NCBI RefSeq assembly: GCF_018977255.1
Contig: NW_024704743.1
Location: forward strand, 49,044,001 to 49,108,000
DNA length: 64,000 bases
From: Callorhinchus milii
Lineage: Eukaryota
Direction: 5' to 3'
Notes under the pieces: generated by a model
Seen by the model: only the letters and a program-made list of their open reading frames with translations
What the model was told of the DNA's origin: nothing
The model's database searches: none
Shown here: positions 63,774 to 64,000 of the stretch, piece by piece
Layout: each line of letters opens with the position of its first letter
Position numbering within the stretch: the stretch's first letter is position 1
Position numbers and translations under genes: made by a program

Positions 63774-64000
63774 AATGCAATTGTCTCCAGTTGAAATAGG
63801 CTTGCAGCAGACCCAAATGCAAATTAGATGGAGGGTTGTGGCCCAAGCTGTCTGTGTTTTGCTGTTCCTTCCAGTTAGTACATTAAGTGGACTCTGCTAA
63901 CACATGTCAAGGCAAGGTTATCAATATGATCAAAAGATCACTTTTTTGAACACTGCAACTCTGGAAGATGTGTCTCTCCAGTGAAAATCAATCTGCTTCT

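Overview
Vertebrate genomic DNA. The CR1, L2 and Deu-type SINE landscape suggests a cartilaginous fish, possibly a holocephalan (inference). The whole window lies inside one minus-strand gene, PDE11A (dual cAMP/cGMP phosphodiesterase). I traced 12 consecutive coding exons by hand (61666 down to 10376, 1070 nt, all GT-AG and phase-compatible), covering the end of GAF-B and nearly all of the catalytic domain. The upstream exons and the terminal coding exon were not found in the window. The introns are full of decayed L2 and CR1 LINE fragments, tRNA-headed Deu-domain SINEs that share their 3' end with L2, Tigger/pogo-like ends and one Penelope-like palindrome. Most ORFs in the track are LINE debris or noise. 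I found no convincing new multi-gene system. The best second-look items are structural: an apparently perfect 1381-bp tandem duplication with 3-bp microhomology, a four-level SINE nest with a ~100-bp-arm palindrome, a hairpin over a weak PDE11A 5' splice site with a read-through ORF, a 94-bp inverted copy 3.4 kb from its source, a head-to-head L2 fusion, a SINE carrying the L2-type recognition loop, and a decayed hammerhead-like Penelope motif. Exon coordinates are exact. Most repeat boundaries are approximate.
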